In this document: positions 29,645 to 38,224 of the stretch, in pieces
How positions within the stretch are numbered: the first letter of the stretch is position 1
Layout: each line of letters opens with the position of its first letter
Source: a virus
DNA: 64,000 nt
IMG/VR virus record: IMGVR_UViG_3300032309_000634
Location: 19,791 to 83,790 of that record
Strand: one strand, 5' to 3'
Notes under the pieces: generated by a model
The model's database searches: none
What the model saw: the letters and a program-made list of their open reading frames with translations, nothing else
Told to the model about the DNA's origin: nothing
Program-made: the position numbers and the translations under genes

Positions 29645-29878
29645 CTACCATTTACCTATTGGGCATTTAGCAATTTCTAATTTAGTTTTAAATTTCATAA
29701 AACAACCACATTTTTTACATTGAGATGTTAGTTTAATTAGTTCTGGGCAAGATTTACAAATATTAAACCTTTTTGAAGCATCTTCTTCAGATAGATGTCT
29801 TGTATTTGGATTAAGCATATCTAGTGGAGTTGCACCATTTTTTTCTTTATATTTTTCCCATGCACTTTTTTCTGACAA
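29645..29878 (-). CDS. Small Cys-rich protein (DUF6171-like)
   Basis: RFNICKSC...CKKCGCFM..K......CPIGKW. Confidence 0.75.
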   Translation of the reverse strand: MSEKSAWEKYKEKNGATPLDMLNPNTRHLSEEDASKRFNICKSCPELIKLTSQCKKCGCFMKFKTKLEIAKCPIGKW

Positions 29879-29914
29879 GGTAAACCCCTTTATTGTAGTT
29901 ATATAATAAAAAAA

Positions 29915-30361
29915 TTAAAGTTTTGGATTAGGTACATAATTTGGATTTTTAGGATTATAAGGACCATATTCTGGTAATTGTAAAAGTTCGGCAACTGTTC
30001 TACCTTTAAGATTAAACTTTTCGCCATCAAATGTGGCATTTGGAGCCATAACATAATATCCATAAGGATATTCATTTAAATCAAGAACTGTTGGGTTACT
30101 TAATAAAATTGAACCAAAATATTCATTGGTCTGATAAACTTCAATTTCATCATTTTCTTTAATAATTTGAAGGGTAGATCCATCATGCTCTGGATAATCA
30201 GAAGATATATCTGTAATACCTTTATTTTTTGTAAATAAATCAATACCATAAAGTGTTGCATTAAAATTATAAAGACACTCACCATCAATAACAAATACTA
30301 ATGGTGCTCCTGCTAACTTGTCTCTACTAAAAACATGTTGAATATCAATATCTTTAATCAT
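29915..30361 (-). CDS. Hypothetical protein
   Basis: 148-aa AT-rich ORF with AAGGA SD; LVFVIDGE and ATFDGEKF motifs. Confidence 0.6.
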   Translation of the reverse strand: MIKDIDIQHVFSRDKLAGAPLVFVIDGECLYNFNATLYGIDLFTKNKGITDISSDYPEHDGSTLQIIKENDEIEVYQTNEYFGSILLSNPTVLDLNEYPYGYYVMAPNATFDGEKFNLKGRTVAELLQLPEYGPYNPKNPNYVPNPKL

Positions 30362-30395
30362 TAGTTATCCTTTTCTTTAGATAAGTATATCATGC

Positions 30396-31361
30396 TTAGT
30401 AACAGGCTCTACCACTGTTTCCGTATACATAACACTGGTCGGGATAGCCACACATGTCATCGTAGAACTGCGAGTAGCTGCATCCATTTTGCGAAACGAA
30501 GGACGGGAAGAAAGGTGGGAAGAACGGGAAGAAAGGTGGGAAGAATGGGAAGAAAGGTGGGAAGAACGGGAAGAAAGGAGGGAAGAATGGAGGGAAGAAA
30601 GGTGGGAAGAACGGGAAAAAAGGTGGGAAGAACGGTGGAAAGAACGGAAAGAAAGGAAAGAACGGTGGGAAGAACGGTGGAAAGAAAGGAAAGAATGGTG
30701 GAAAAAATGGCGGGAAGAATGGGGCCAATGTAGTAATAGAACCAGATGCTGCAGAAGCAATGCTTGTACCATTGGCGTTAGTTGCAGTAACTGTATAGGT
30801 CTGTGACGTTCCAGCAGTATCTGCAATTACAATAGGAGAAGTGGCACCAGAGCCAGAAGTTCCATCACTACCTGTTACTGTAAAGCTTGAAATTGCTTTT
30901 CCACCTGTTGCTGGTGCTGAGAAGGCAATAGAGTTTGAGTTTACACCTGCGGTAGGTGTTGGAGCAGACATTTGAGCGGGAACTGTTGTTCCAGTTACTG
31001 AAGAAGATGTTGTTCCTGTTGCAGTACCAGCAGCATTTGATGCTCTAACTGTAAATGTATATGCTGTATTTGAAGCAAGTCCCTGAAATGTATAAGATGG
31101 GGTTGAACTTCCTGTTGTTACAGTATAAGTTGAAGGAGTTGTTGTAATTGTATAAGATGTTGCTGCTGGAGACAAAGCTGGAAGGGTCCATGCAAGGCTT
31201 GCAGCGGCTCCTGTGCCTGCTGCTGAAGCTGCTGAAGTAGTATTTGCGGTTGCTAAATAGGGACGGGATGTACCAACATCTGAGGCTGTTAAGCTTGTTA
31301 CATTTAATGGCTCTAAGAAATCATTAGAAGCTGATGAACGCTTACCTGTTTTTTTAGCCAT
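30396..31361 (-). CDS. FN3-domain protein with 75-residue Pro/Phe tract and Cys-rich tip
   Basis: Paralog of 28606..29583 (shared MAKKTGKRS..SNDFLEP start); P/F tract 30498-30722; C-terminus with 4 Cys. Confidence 0.85.
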   Translation of the reverse strand: MAKKTGKRSSASNDFLEPLNVTSLTASDVGTSRPYLATANTTSAASAAGTGAAASLAWTLPALSPAATSYTITTTPSTYTVTTGSSTPSYTFQGLASNTAYTFTVRASNAAGTATGTTSSSVTGTTVPAQMSAPTPTAGVNSNSIAFSAPATGGKAISSFTVTGSDGTSGSGATSPIVIADTAGTSQTYTVTATNANGTSIASAASGSITTLAPFFPPFFPPFFPFFPPFFPPFFPFFPFFPPFFPPFFPFFPPFFPPFFPPFFPFFPPFFPFFPPFFPFFPPFFPSFVSQNGCSYSQFYDDMCGYPDQCYVYGNSGRACY

Positions 31362-31374
31362 TTAGGTTCCCTTA

Positions 31375-33447
31375 CTAAGCTGTTAGATCGCCGTAAACAA
31401 CCCAAGTGTTTGTTGCTCTCTTGAAAAGAGTTGCAGTTGACCATTGTGTTCTTAATTTTAATCCTGGTGTTGAGTTTACTGTTACTCCAGCATCTCCTGC
31501 AATTGTTACCTGACCTGTTGAGGTTTGAAGGATATCAATTGAGGTTCCAACTGGGAAGGCTACTGCTGAGTTTAGTGGAATTGTAAGAGTCATTGCTGAA
31601 GCAGAACCCATTTCAATTAAATCATCTCTTTCAGTTAGTGCTGAAAGTGTGTATGATGCTGTCTTTTGAATAATAGGTGTACGTGATGGAACTCCTTCAA
31701 GAGTTTGTGTTCCGTCTGTAAATATAAAACCACCAGCTGTTGAGCTAATAACTGCGGTTCCATTTACCTTTAAATCTTTTCCTGAAGCAAGGTTAATATG
31801 CTCTGAAGAAGTCCAAGAATCTGTTGCATCTACCCAGTTAAAGGTTTTATCAGTTGCGCCCTTAAGTGTAATTCCGCCACCGTCTGCAGTGGTATCAGTA
31901 GGGCTTCCTGTGTCTCCAAGAACAATATTTTTGTCTTCAATAACAAGGTTAGTTGAGTTAAGGTTTGTTGTAGTTCCGTTAACTGTTAAGTTCCCAGAAA
32001 GAGTAAGGTCTGCTGCGTTTACTGTTCCTGTAAAAGTAGGTGATGCAAGAGGTGACTTTAGGTCAAGTGCTGTTTGCTGAGCAGTTGATACTGGCTTGTT
32101 GGCATCTGAAGTATTGTCAACATTTCCAAGTCCAACATCTGATTTTGTGATTCCAGTAGGTGTATTAATTACTGGAGAGGTTAAAGTTTTGTTAGTTAGA
32201 GTTTCAGTCTTAGAAGCAGTTGACTTAGCATCTAACTGTGTTTGAATGCTTGAAGTAACACCATCTAAGTATCCAATTTCAACATCTGATACGTTAGCAA
32301 CAGTTGCTTGCTTGCCGTTTAGTTGAGTTTGAATTGCTGAAGTAACTCCATTAAGATATCCAATTTCTGTGTCTGAAACATCGGCAACGATTGCTTGCTT
32401 GTTGTTTAATTGTGTTTGAATAGCTGAAGTAACTCCATCTACATAGTTAAGTTCAGTTACAGATAAAGTTGCACCGTCAAGAATATTTAATTCTGCAGCG
32501 GTAGAAGTAATTCCAGCTAATGTATTAATTTCAGCTGAAGTTGCAGTAACTCCAGCAAGCTTATTTAACTCTGCTGTGGTAGCTGTAACACCATCAAGGA
32601 TGTTTAATTCTGTTGCAGATGAAGTCAAAGCTGCAAGAACATTTATTTGTGCTGCTGTTGCTGTTACTCCATCAAGAATGTTTAGCTCTGCTGTAGACGA
32701 AGTAATTCCATCAAGTACGTTTAGTTCTGTGGCAGTTGCTGATAAAATAACATCTTCGTTAATTTTTGGGGAAGTTAAAGTTTTATTAACTAATGTTTCT
32801 GTTCCATTAATTGAAGCAACATTGTCATCAGATACTGCTGTATTTAATTGAGCAAGAGTAGTTGTTAACGTATTTGAAGATAGATTAATTGTCTTGTTAG
32901 TTAATGTTTGAGCTGTACCGTCTAGGATAACGGTTCCGTTAGAATCTGGAAATGTAATAATTCTATCTGCTGTTGGATCTACAACCTGAAGACTGGTTTC
33001 AAATCCATTTGCTGTAGTACCTTCAAATTTAATTTCAGTTTGAACTTCAAGAACTGTACTATTAATAATAGTGGTTGTTCCTGATACTGTTAAGTCTCCT
33101 GATACTGTTACATTTCCGCTGCTGTCGGAAAGAACTACTGTTCCTGACGCATTTGGAAGTGTAATAGTACGATCACTTGTAGGATTAGTTACTTCAAGTG
33201 TAGTTTCATGTGCATCTGCAGTTGAGCCTTCAAATGTAATGCTTGTTCCAAATGATGGATTTGCTGTTGAATTAGCATCAATAAAGTAATCAAGGTTTAT
33301 CCAGTGATTTGTACCATCACCAATTTTAAATTTGTTTGTATCGGTTTCGTATCCGATTTCTCCTGCATTTAGAATAGGACCGTTGCCACTGTTAGTAGAG
33401 ATCCACTGTGCTGCTGTACCCCTACGCTGTTGCATTCTTGTTGCCAT
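31375..33447 (-). CDS. Tail fibre-like protein (Mtd-N/hyaluronidase-N-type N-terminus)
   Basis: QQRRGTAAQW...GEIGYETDTNKFKIGDG; ELNILDG and TLTNKTL repeats; C-terminal FPVGT...TWVVYGDLTA domain. Confidence 0.8.
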   Translation of the reverse strand: MATRMQQRRGTAAQWISTNSGNGPILNAGEIGYETDTNKFKIGDGTNHWINLDYFIDANSTANPSFGTSITFEGSTADAHETTLEVTNPTSDRTITLPNASGTVVLSDSSGNVTVSGDLTVSGTTTIINSTVLEVQTEIKFEGTTANGFETSLQVVDPTADRIITFPDSNGTVILDGTAQTLTNKTINLSSNTLTTTLAQLNTAVSDDNVASINGTETLVNKTLTSPKINEDVILSATATELNVLDGITSSTAELNILDGVTATAAQINVLAALTSSATELNILDGVTATTAELNKLAGVTATSAEINTLAGITSTAAELNILDGATLSVTELNYVDGVTSAIQTQLNNKQAIVADVSDTEIGYLNGVTSAIQTQLNGKQATVANVSDVEIGYLDGVTSSIQTQLDAKSTASKTETLTNKTLTSPVINTPTGITKSDVGLGNVDNTSDANKPVSTAQQTALDLKSPLASPTFTGTVNAADLTLSGNLTVNGTTTNLNSTNLVIEDKNIVLGDTGSPTDTTADGGGITLKGATDKTFNWVDATDSWTSSEHINLASGKDLKVNGTAVISSTAGGFIFTDGTQTLEGVPSRTPIIQKTASYTLSALTERDDLIEMGSASAMTLTIPLNSAVAFPVGTSIDILQTSTGQVTIAGDAGVTVNSTPGLKLRTQWSTATLFKRATNTWVVYGDLTA

Positions 33448-33487
33448 ATTTATGTCCTCCCAGACCTTGTTCTATTATATCAGATAA

Positions 33488-33949
33488 TTAACTAAAATTA
33501 TCTAATGGACTTCCGCCGTCGTAACTGTTGTTCCAATAATCTGAATCATAAAATCCAGCAATTTCTGTTGATGTAAAGATTGAATCATAAAACCCTGCAT
33601 CTTGGAATACTGAAACAATTAATCCAGTTCCATCAATTGCAGTATCGTGAATGTGCTGTCTAAGATCGGCAGTATCAGAGAACGTAGCAATCATAATCCA
33701 ATCAGCAGCATCTGTAGAGTATACTGATACATGGCGTGATACTGTATCAAACCATAACTGCCCATTTACTGGATTTGCTGGGGCTGTTGATGCTGGGGCA
33801 GCAACTGCTCCTTTGCTATCTACATAAAGTTTTGTTGTTGCATGTGTATCAAGAGTAGGAGTGGCAACTGTTACAGTTCCCCCGAAAGTTCCGCCTTGGG
33901 TTACATCTAACCCGTGCTTTACCTTAAAGTCTCTATTGGTAGTTGCCAC
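33488..33949 (-). CDS. Minor virion/fibre-associated protein
   Basis: DFKVKHGL, ATTKLYVD, APANPVNGQLWFD fibre motifs. Confidence 0.6.
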   Translation of the reverse strand: MATTNRDFKVKHGLDVTQGGTFGGTVTVATPTLDTHATTKLYVDSKGAVAAPASTAPANPVNGQLWFDTVSRHVSVYSTDAADWIMIATFSDTADLRQHIHDTAIDGTGLIVSVFQDAGFYDSIFTSTEIAGFYDSDYWNNSYDGGSPLDNFS

Positions 33950-33968
33950 TTCTAGCCTCTTTTCCTAA

Positions 33969-35813
33969 TTACGCTTCGATGTATGTCTTGCTTACCTTAA
34001 CAGCTGTATCAGCAGCTGCTGCGGTAACCTGAAGAAGAACATTGCCAGATGAATAAACAGCATTTGTTGTTCCTAGTTCGCCATTGCTTTGTACATTGGC
34101 GTACTCTGTTACATAAACATTGTTTGATCCATCTACTGCTACAAGCATTTCAATTACTTCAATGTCAGAACCCTTTTTCATTTGTACGACATATTTAGCA
34201 GCTGTGTATGTTGTTGCTGAGAATGTATCAATAGTTGTAGCTGAAGTTCCAGCAGTTGCTGTTGCAGATCCAACAAGTGCATCTGGTAGAGCAATGCTTG
34301 TTGCTGCTGCTGCGCCAAGAGTTGGTGTAACAAAAGTTGGGCTAGTAGTAAATGCTACTGTTCCAGATCCTGCTTCATCAGTTAATGCTGCTGCAAGGTT
34401 TGCAGAAGATGGTGTAGCAAGGAATGTGGCTACGCCAGTTCCAAGACCAGAAACATCATTTGCAATTCGTACTGTAAGTGTATTGCTTGCACCATCAATT
34501 GTCTTATTTGTAAGAGTTTGTGTTGCAGCTGTTACTAGTGTGCCGTTTAGGTAATAGTCCTTACCAGAAGCAAGGTTAAGGTGTTCAGATGAGGTCCATG
34601 CATCAGTTGCATCTACCCATGAGAAAGTCTTGTCTGTGGCACCCTTAAGAGTAAGACCACCACCGTCAGCACCTGCATCTGTTGGAGATGCTACTGAGCC
34701 AAGTGTAAGGTTCTTATCATCAATTGTGATTTCTGTTGAGTTAATTGTAGTTGTTGTACCATTAACTGTTAGGTCCCCTGAAAGAACCAAAGATGTACCA
34801 GTTGCTGCACCAATGTTTGGTGTTACAAGTGTTGGGGTATTAGCAAAAACAAGTGCTCCAGTACCAGTTTCATCTGAAATTACTCCAGCGAGTTCTGATG
34901 ATGAAGTTGCAGCAAATGCGCTTAACTTGTTGTTTGTAAGAGCAACAGTACCTGTAGCATCTGGGAAAGTTACTGTACGGTCAGCAGTTGGATCTGTAAC
35001 TGTAAGTGTTGTCTCAAACGCATCAGCGGTTGCACCTTCAAGAACAATTGATCCATCTGAAAGTGTAAGTCCTGAAACTGTTGGGCTTGTAAGAGTCTTA
35101 TTTGTAAGAGTCTGAGTATCAGTTGTTCCAACTACAGCACCAGTTACTCCGTGTACTCCAGTAGAAGCACCTGTGTGAGTTGTAAGGTCTGAAGAAGCAG
35201 CCTTATTATTTAACTGAGTCTGAATTGCTGATGTAACGCCATCTACATAATTAAGTTCTGTAGTTGAAAGTGTTGCACCGTCAAGGATGTTAAGTTCTGT
35301 AGAACTTGCTGACATAACAACATCTTCGTTAATCTTTGGTGATGTTAATGTCTTGTTGGTAAGTGTCTGTGTATTAGTTGTTCCAACTACCGCACCAGTG
35401 GCTCCATGAGCTTCTGTAAGATTTGCGTGTGTTGTAACATCTGAAGTAAGTGCTACTGTACCAGTTGCATCTGGGAATGTGATTGTACGGTCTGCTGTTG
35501 GGTCTACAACTGTAATTGTAGTTTCAAAAGCATCTGCTGTTGCACCCTCAAATGTAATTTGTGTATCAAAAACACCAACTGCTGCTGGTGCTGCCCACTC
35601 AACGCCATATGTTGCGCCTGAATTTGCTGTAAGGACTTGACCATTTGTGCCAACGCCTAAACGAGCTACTGCATCATCTGCACTACCAACAATCAAATCA
35701 CCCTTAGCATCAACGACACCTGCTGTGATAATATTTTTTCCATTAACGGTCGCAGTTGATCCCTCAACTACCAGTCCCGCCTTTACTCTAAAGTCTTTTG
35801 TTACTGTTGCCAT
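33969..35813 (-). CDS. Tail fibre-like protein
   Basis: KGDLIVG..L.VGTNGQVL, FEGATADAFETT, QTLTNKT repeats; shares LKGATDKTF.WVDATD.WTSSEH block with 31375..33447. Confidence 0.8.
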   Translation of the reverse strand: MATVTKDFRVKAGLVVEGSTATVNGKNIITAGVVDAKGDLIVGSADDAVARLGVGTNGQVLTANSGATYGVEWAAPAAVGVFDTQITFEGATADAFETTITVVDPTADRTITFPDATGTVALTSDVTTHANLTEAHGATGAVVGTTNTQTLTNKTLTSPKINEDVVMSASSTELNILDGATLSTTELNYVDGVTSAIQTQLNNKAASSDLTTHTGASTGVHGVTGAVVGTTDTQTLTNKTLTSPTVSGLTLSDGSIVLEGATADAFETTLTVTDPTADRTVTFPDATGTVALTNNKLSAFAATSSSELAGVISDETGTGALVFANTPTLVTPNIGAATGTSLVLSGDLTVNGTTTTINSTEITIDDKNLTLGSVASPTDAGADGGGLTLKGATDKTFSWVDATDAWTSSEHLNLASGKDYYLNGTLVTAATQTLTNKTIDGASNTLTVRIANDVSGLGTGVATFLATPSSANLAAALTDEAGSGTVAFTTSPTFVTPTLGAAAATSIALPDALVGSATATAGTSATTIDTFSATTYTAAKYVVQMKKGSDIEVIEMLVAVDGSNNVYVTEYANVQSNGELGTTNAVYSSGNVLLQVTAAAADTAVKVSKTYIEA

Positions 35814-35826
35814 TTTATCTCCTTAA

Positions 35827-36273
35827 TTAGGCCTTTAACCCAATACGCAAGTAGCGTAAGGTTATCGGGGTTTGTCCACCCACAGGTACTACAGAAAGTG
35901 AAACTGTATCGCCTGCTCTAGATACGGAGATGGTGCCAATATTCCCATCATTATCTACTGTCCCATACTCGCTGACATTTACATTTGTAGCATCAGGGAC
36001 TATGGTTAATTCTGTGGCCCAATATTTATTTGCACCGCCAGAAGTCTTTTTAATTGAGATCATGTATTTTACTGATCTCCACTCGCTTGCTAAAAAGTTA
36101 TCAAAAATTGTAGTATTTTCAATACCATTAATTGTAGACTCATTGTTGCCATCTGAACCAAGGTCAGTAGAACGAGCAGAAGCACTGTCAATCAAGTCTT
36201 CGTAATTTGTTTGACTTGGACGATCTCCAGTTTGGAATAAAGCTTTTACACTTGCGATTGATATTTTAGCCAT
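35827..36273 (-). CDS. Minor virion protein
   Basis: FQTGDRPSQTNYEDLIDS start; C-terminal domain resembles that of 33969..35813. Confidence 0.55.
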   Translation of the reverse strand: MAKISIASVKALFQTGDRPSQTNYEDLIDSASARSTDLGSDGNNESTINGIENTTIFDNFLASEWRSVKYMISIKKTSGGANKYWATELTIVPDATNVNVSEYGTVDNDGNIGTISVSRAGDTVSLSVVPVGGQTPITLRYLRIGLKA

Positions 36274-36296
36274 ACGCTGATTATATCACATTTATT

Positions 36297-36524
36297 TTAG
36301 ATAATATAGTTAGAAAAACCAATAATTTGAACACCAATTCCAGGTGGAGCTAATGGGTTTACCCCATCTATTCCAATGTTTACAATTCGTATTTTAAAAG
36401 GTAAAGTTTCTTTTACTTGAACTTTTTTAGCATAATTTGTATTAACTGCTTTTGAAGCTTTAGGTTTTATGTCAAATATAACTTTTGAATAATGGTTTAC
36501 ATCTAAAACTTTTACTTTAGCCAT
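36297..36524 (-). CDS. Hypothetical protein
   Basis: 75-aa ORF in operon. Confidence 0.55.
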   Translation of the reverse strand: MAKVKVLDVNHYSKVIFDIKPKASKAVNTNYAKKVQVKETLPFKIRIVNIGIDGVNPLAPPGIGVQIIGFSNYII

Positions 36525-36527
36525 TTG

Positions 36528-36950
36528 TTATGACTCTTGATCTGTAACTTCGCCAATCATAACCATTTCTCCTTGGCATACCGTCCAAACTCTGGTAGCA
36601 TCTGATAGTTGAACATCAAATACATCTGCAGTTAATAATTGTTTAGATTGTGCTGGTGTCAAAGATAATGTAAATTCTCCAGGCCCGTCAAGATCTGATG
36701 GAGTTGGTGTTAGTGTAAATAAAAGATCGTCTCCAACATTATCAGAGTATCTTCTAAACTGAGATCTAATTGTCCATAAGTCAACATCAATAGGATCGCC
36801 TAAATCATCTTGTACATAAATTCTAAATGCTGCACTATCTCCAGTTACGATAGTCCAATTAATCAATGGTGGTCTATTTCCTAGGTTATAAGTTGTTGGG
36901 GCTTTAACTGATGTTAATGCACTCTCATCTTTATTTCTATAGCTTACCAT
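36528..36950 (-). CDS. Virion adaptor-like protein (paralog set with 40323..40679 and 41528..41929)
   Basis: WTIVTGDSA...FDVQ...WTVCQG...EVT. Confidence 0.55.
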   Translation of the reverse strand: MVSYRNKDESALTSVKAPTTYNLGNRPPLINWTIVTGDSAAFRIYVQDDLGDPIDVDLWTIRSQFRRYSDNVGDDLLFTLTPTPSDLDGPGEFTLSLTPAQSKQLLTADVFDVQLSDATRVWTVCQGEMVMIGEVTDQES

Positions 36951-37462
36951 TATGCTAACCCTGCTTTCAATGCTGCCCAAGATCCATTACCTGTTGGTTT
37001 ACCAACAATTATAACACCAGTAGTTGCGTGTGATTTTGCTACAACTCCTACTGCTGTTCCTCCAGTTGCTGGTTGGGTTGCTGTTAATCCCCCAGAAGTT
37101 CCAGTGTAAAGAATATTTCCAGCGGTATAAGAAGAAGTATTAACATTACTAAAAATACCAGAAATAACAACTACACCGTCAGTTGCTGTAGCAAAAGCAT
37201 CTTTAGCCAAACCTAACATAGGATAGTTCATAGTGTTAGTTAATTTAGTTACTTGTGGCTTAGTTCCAGATCCACTTATATATACTGGATCTCCTTTTGC
37301 TATTGATACCCCTGAACTATTTGTAACTTCAATTGTTATGTTTGATTCTGCTGCAAAAAGGACAGACTCCATACGCTCAGCCAACGATTGAATATCTCCC
37401 ACAATATCAACTGGGTCGCTTGCAAGGGGATAAGGAAAATCATAAATTAAAGTCTCAGCCAT
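36950..37462 (-). CDS. Minor virion protein (DUF2190/cement-like)
   Basis: IAKGDPVYIS...G.LY...GGLT.T.P...VG.V pattern. Confidence 0.5.
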   Translation of the reverse strand: MAETLIYDFPYPLASDPVDIVGDIQSLAERMESVLFAAESNITIEVTNSSGVSIAKGDPVYISGSGTKPQVTKLTNTMNYPMLGLAKDAFATATDGVVVISGIFSNVNTSSYTAGNILYTGTSGGLTATQPATGGTAVGVVAKSHATTGVIIVGKPTGNGSWAALKAGLA

Positions 37463-37605
37463 AATCTTATTATTATACCACTTCCTAAGAAAGTTATTTA
37501 AAAGTTATCAAAATGTTACCTAAAGTTTGCTTTTGAGGTCATTTTTATGTTATACTTAATACATGCTACCAACAGGTAGCATTTGTTCTCTAGGAGGTTA
37601 TTATT

Positions 37606-38151
37606 ATGAGAAGAGACAAGCAAGCTTGGATTGGAATCCTAGCATTAGTTGGTGTTATTGCACCTTTTAGTAACTCTGCTAATGCGTCAAGTACCGAAAA
37701 CAATTTACTAATAAATAAATTTGTAGAAGCTCCTGCCTCCGACAAGGAGGCATTTGTTGTTTCTAAGAAAAAAATGTTAGCTAAATTTGAAAACAGAACA
37801 CACTTAACAGATAAAGAACTAAAGCACCTTTTATCCCTTGTAGGATTTAAGGGTAATGATTTAGTAGTGGCTTGGGCTATTGCTAAAAAAGAATCTAATG
37901 GTCGTCCATTGGCATACAATGGTAACCATAAGACTGGAGACTCCTCTTATGGGATGTTTCAAATTAACATGATCGATAATCTAGGTCCTGATCGTAGAGA
38001 TAAGTTTGATCTAGATACAAACGCTGAGTTATTCAATCCCGTAAAAAATGCGGAGATTGCATACTATATGTCCAACGGGGGAAATGACTGGTCTTCTTGG
38101 AAAGGTATTACGCCAAAGACTAGGGCTTGGATGCAAAAATTCCCTAAATAA
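37606..38151 (+). CDS. Secreted lysozyme-like/lytic transglycosylase
   Basis: N-terminal hydrophobic signal; AIAKKESNG (catalytic Glu), SYGMFQIN, W..W; AGGAGG SD and TGTTATACT promoter. Confidence 0.85.
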   Translation: MRRDKQAWIGILALVGVIAPFSNSANASSTENNLLINKFVEAPASDKEAFVVSKKKMLAKFENRTHLTDKELKHLLSLVGFKGNDLVVAWAIAKKESNGRPLAYNGNHKTGDSSYGMFQINMIDNLGPDRRDKFDLDTNAELFNPVKNAEIAYYMSNGGNDWSSWKGITPKTRAWMQKFPK

Positions 38152-38167
38152 ACTTTAGGTAATAAAG

Positions 38168-38203
38168 AACCTCTACTATAAAAAGTAGGGGTTTTTTATT
38201 TTA
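38168..38203 (+). terminator. Intrinsic (likely bidirectional) terminator
   Basis: AACCTCTACT-ATAAA-AGTAGGGGTT hairpin plus T run, between convergent genes. Confidence 0.8.
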
Positions 38204-38224
38204 TGCAACTTAAATAATTAATTG

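Noticed and set aside
28732-30826. EERWEE-, GRKVGR- and SSHLSS-repeat ORFs; also a possible CRISPR array
   Set aside because: Antisense or alternative frames of the Pro/Phe codons; repeats are 9-12-nt coding units without spacers
28606-31361. Diversity-generating retroelement explaining the variable tips
   Set aside because: No reverse transcriptase or template/variable repeat pair with adenine-specific differences in this window; the tips are non-homologous
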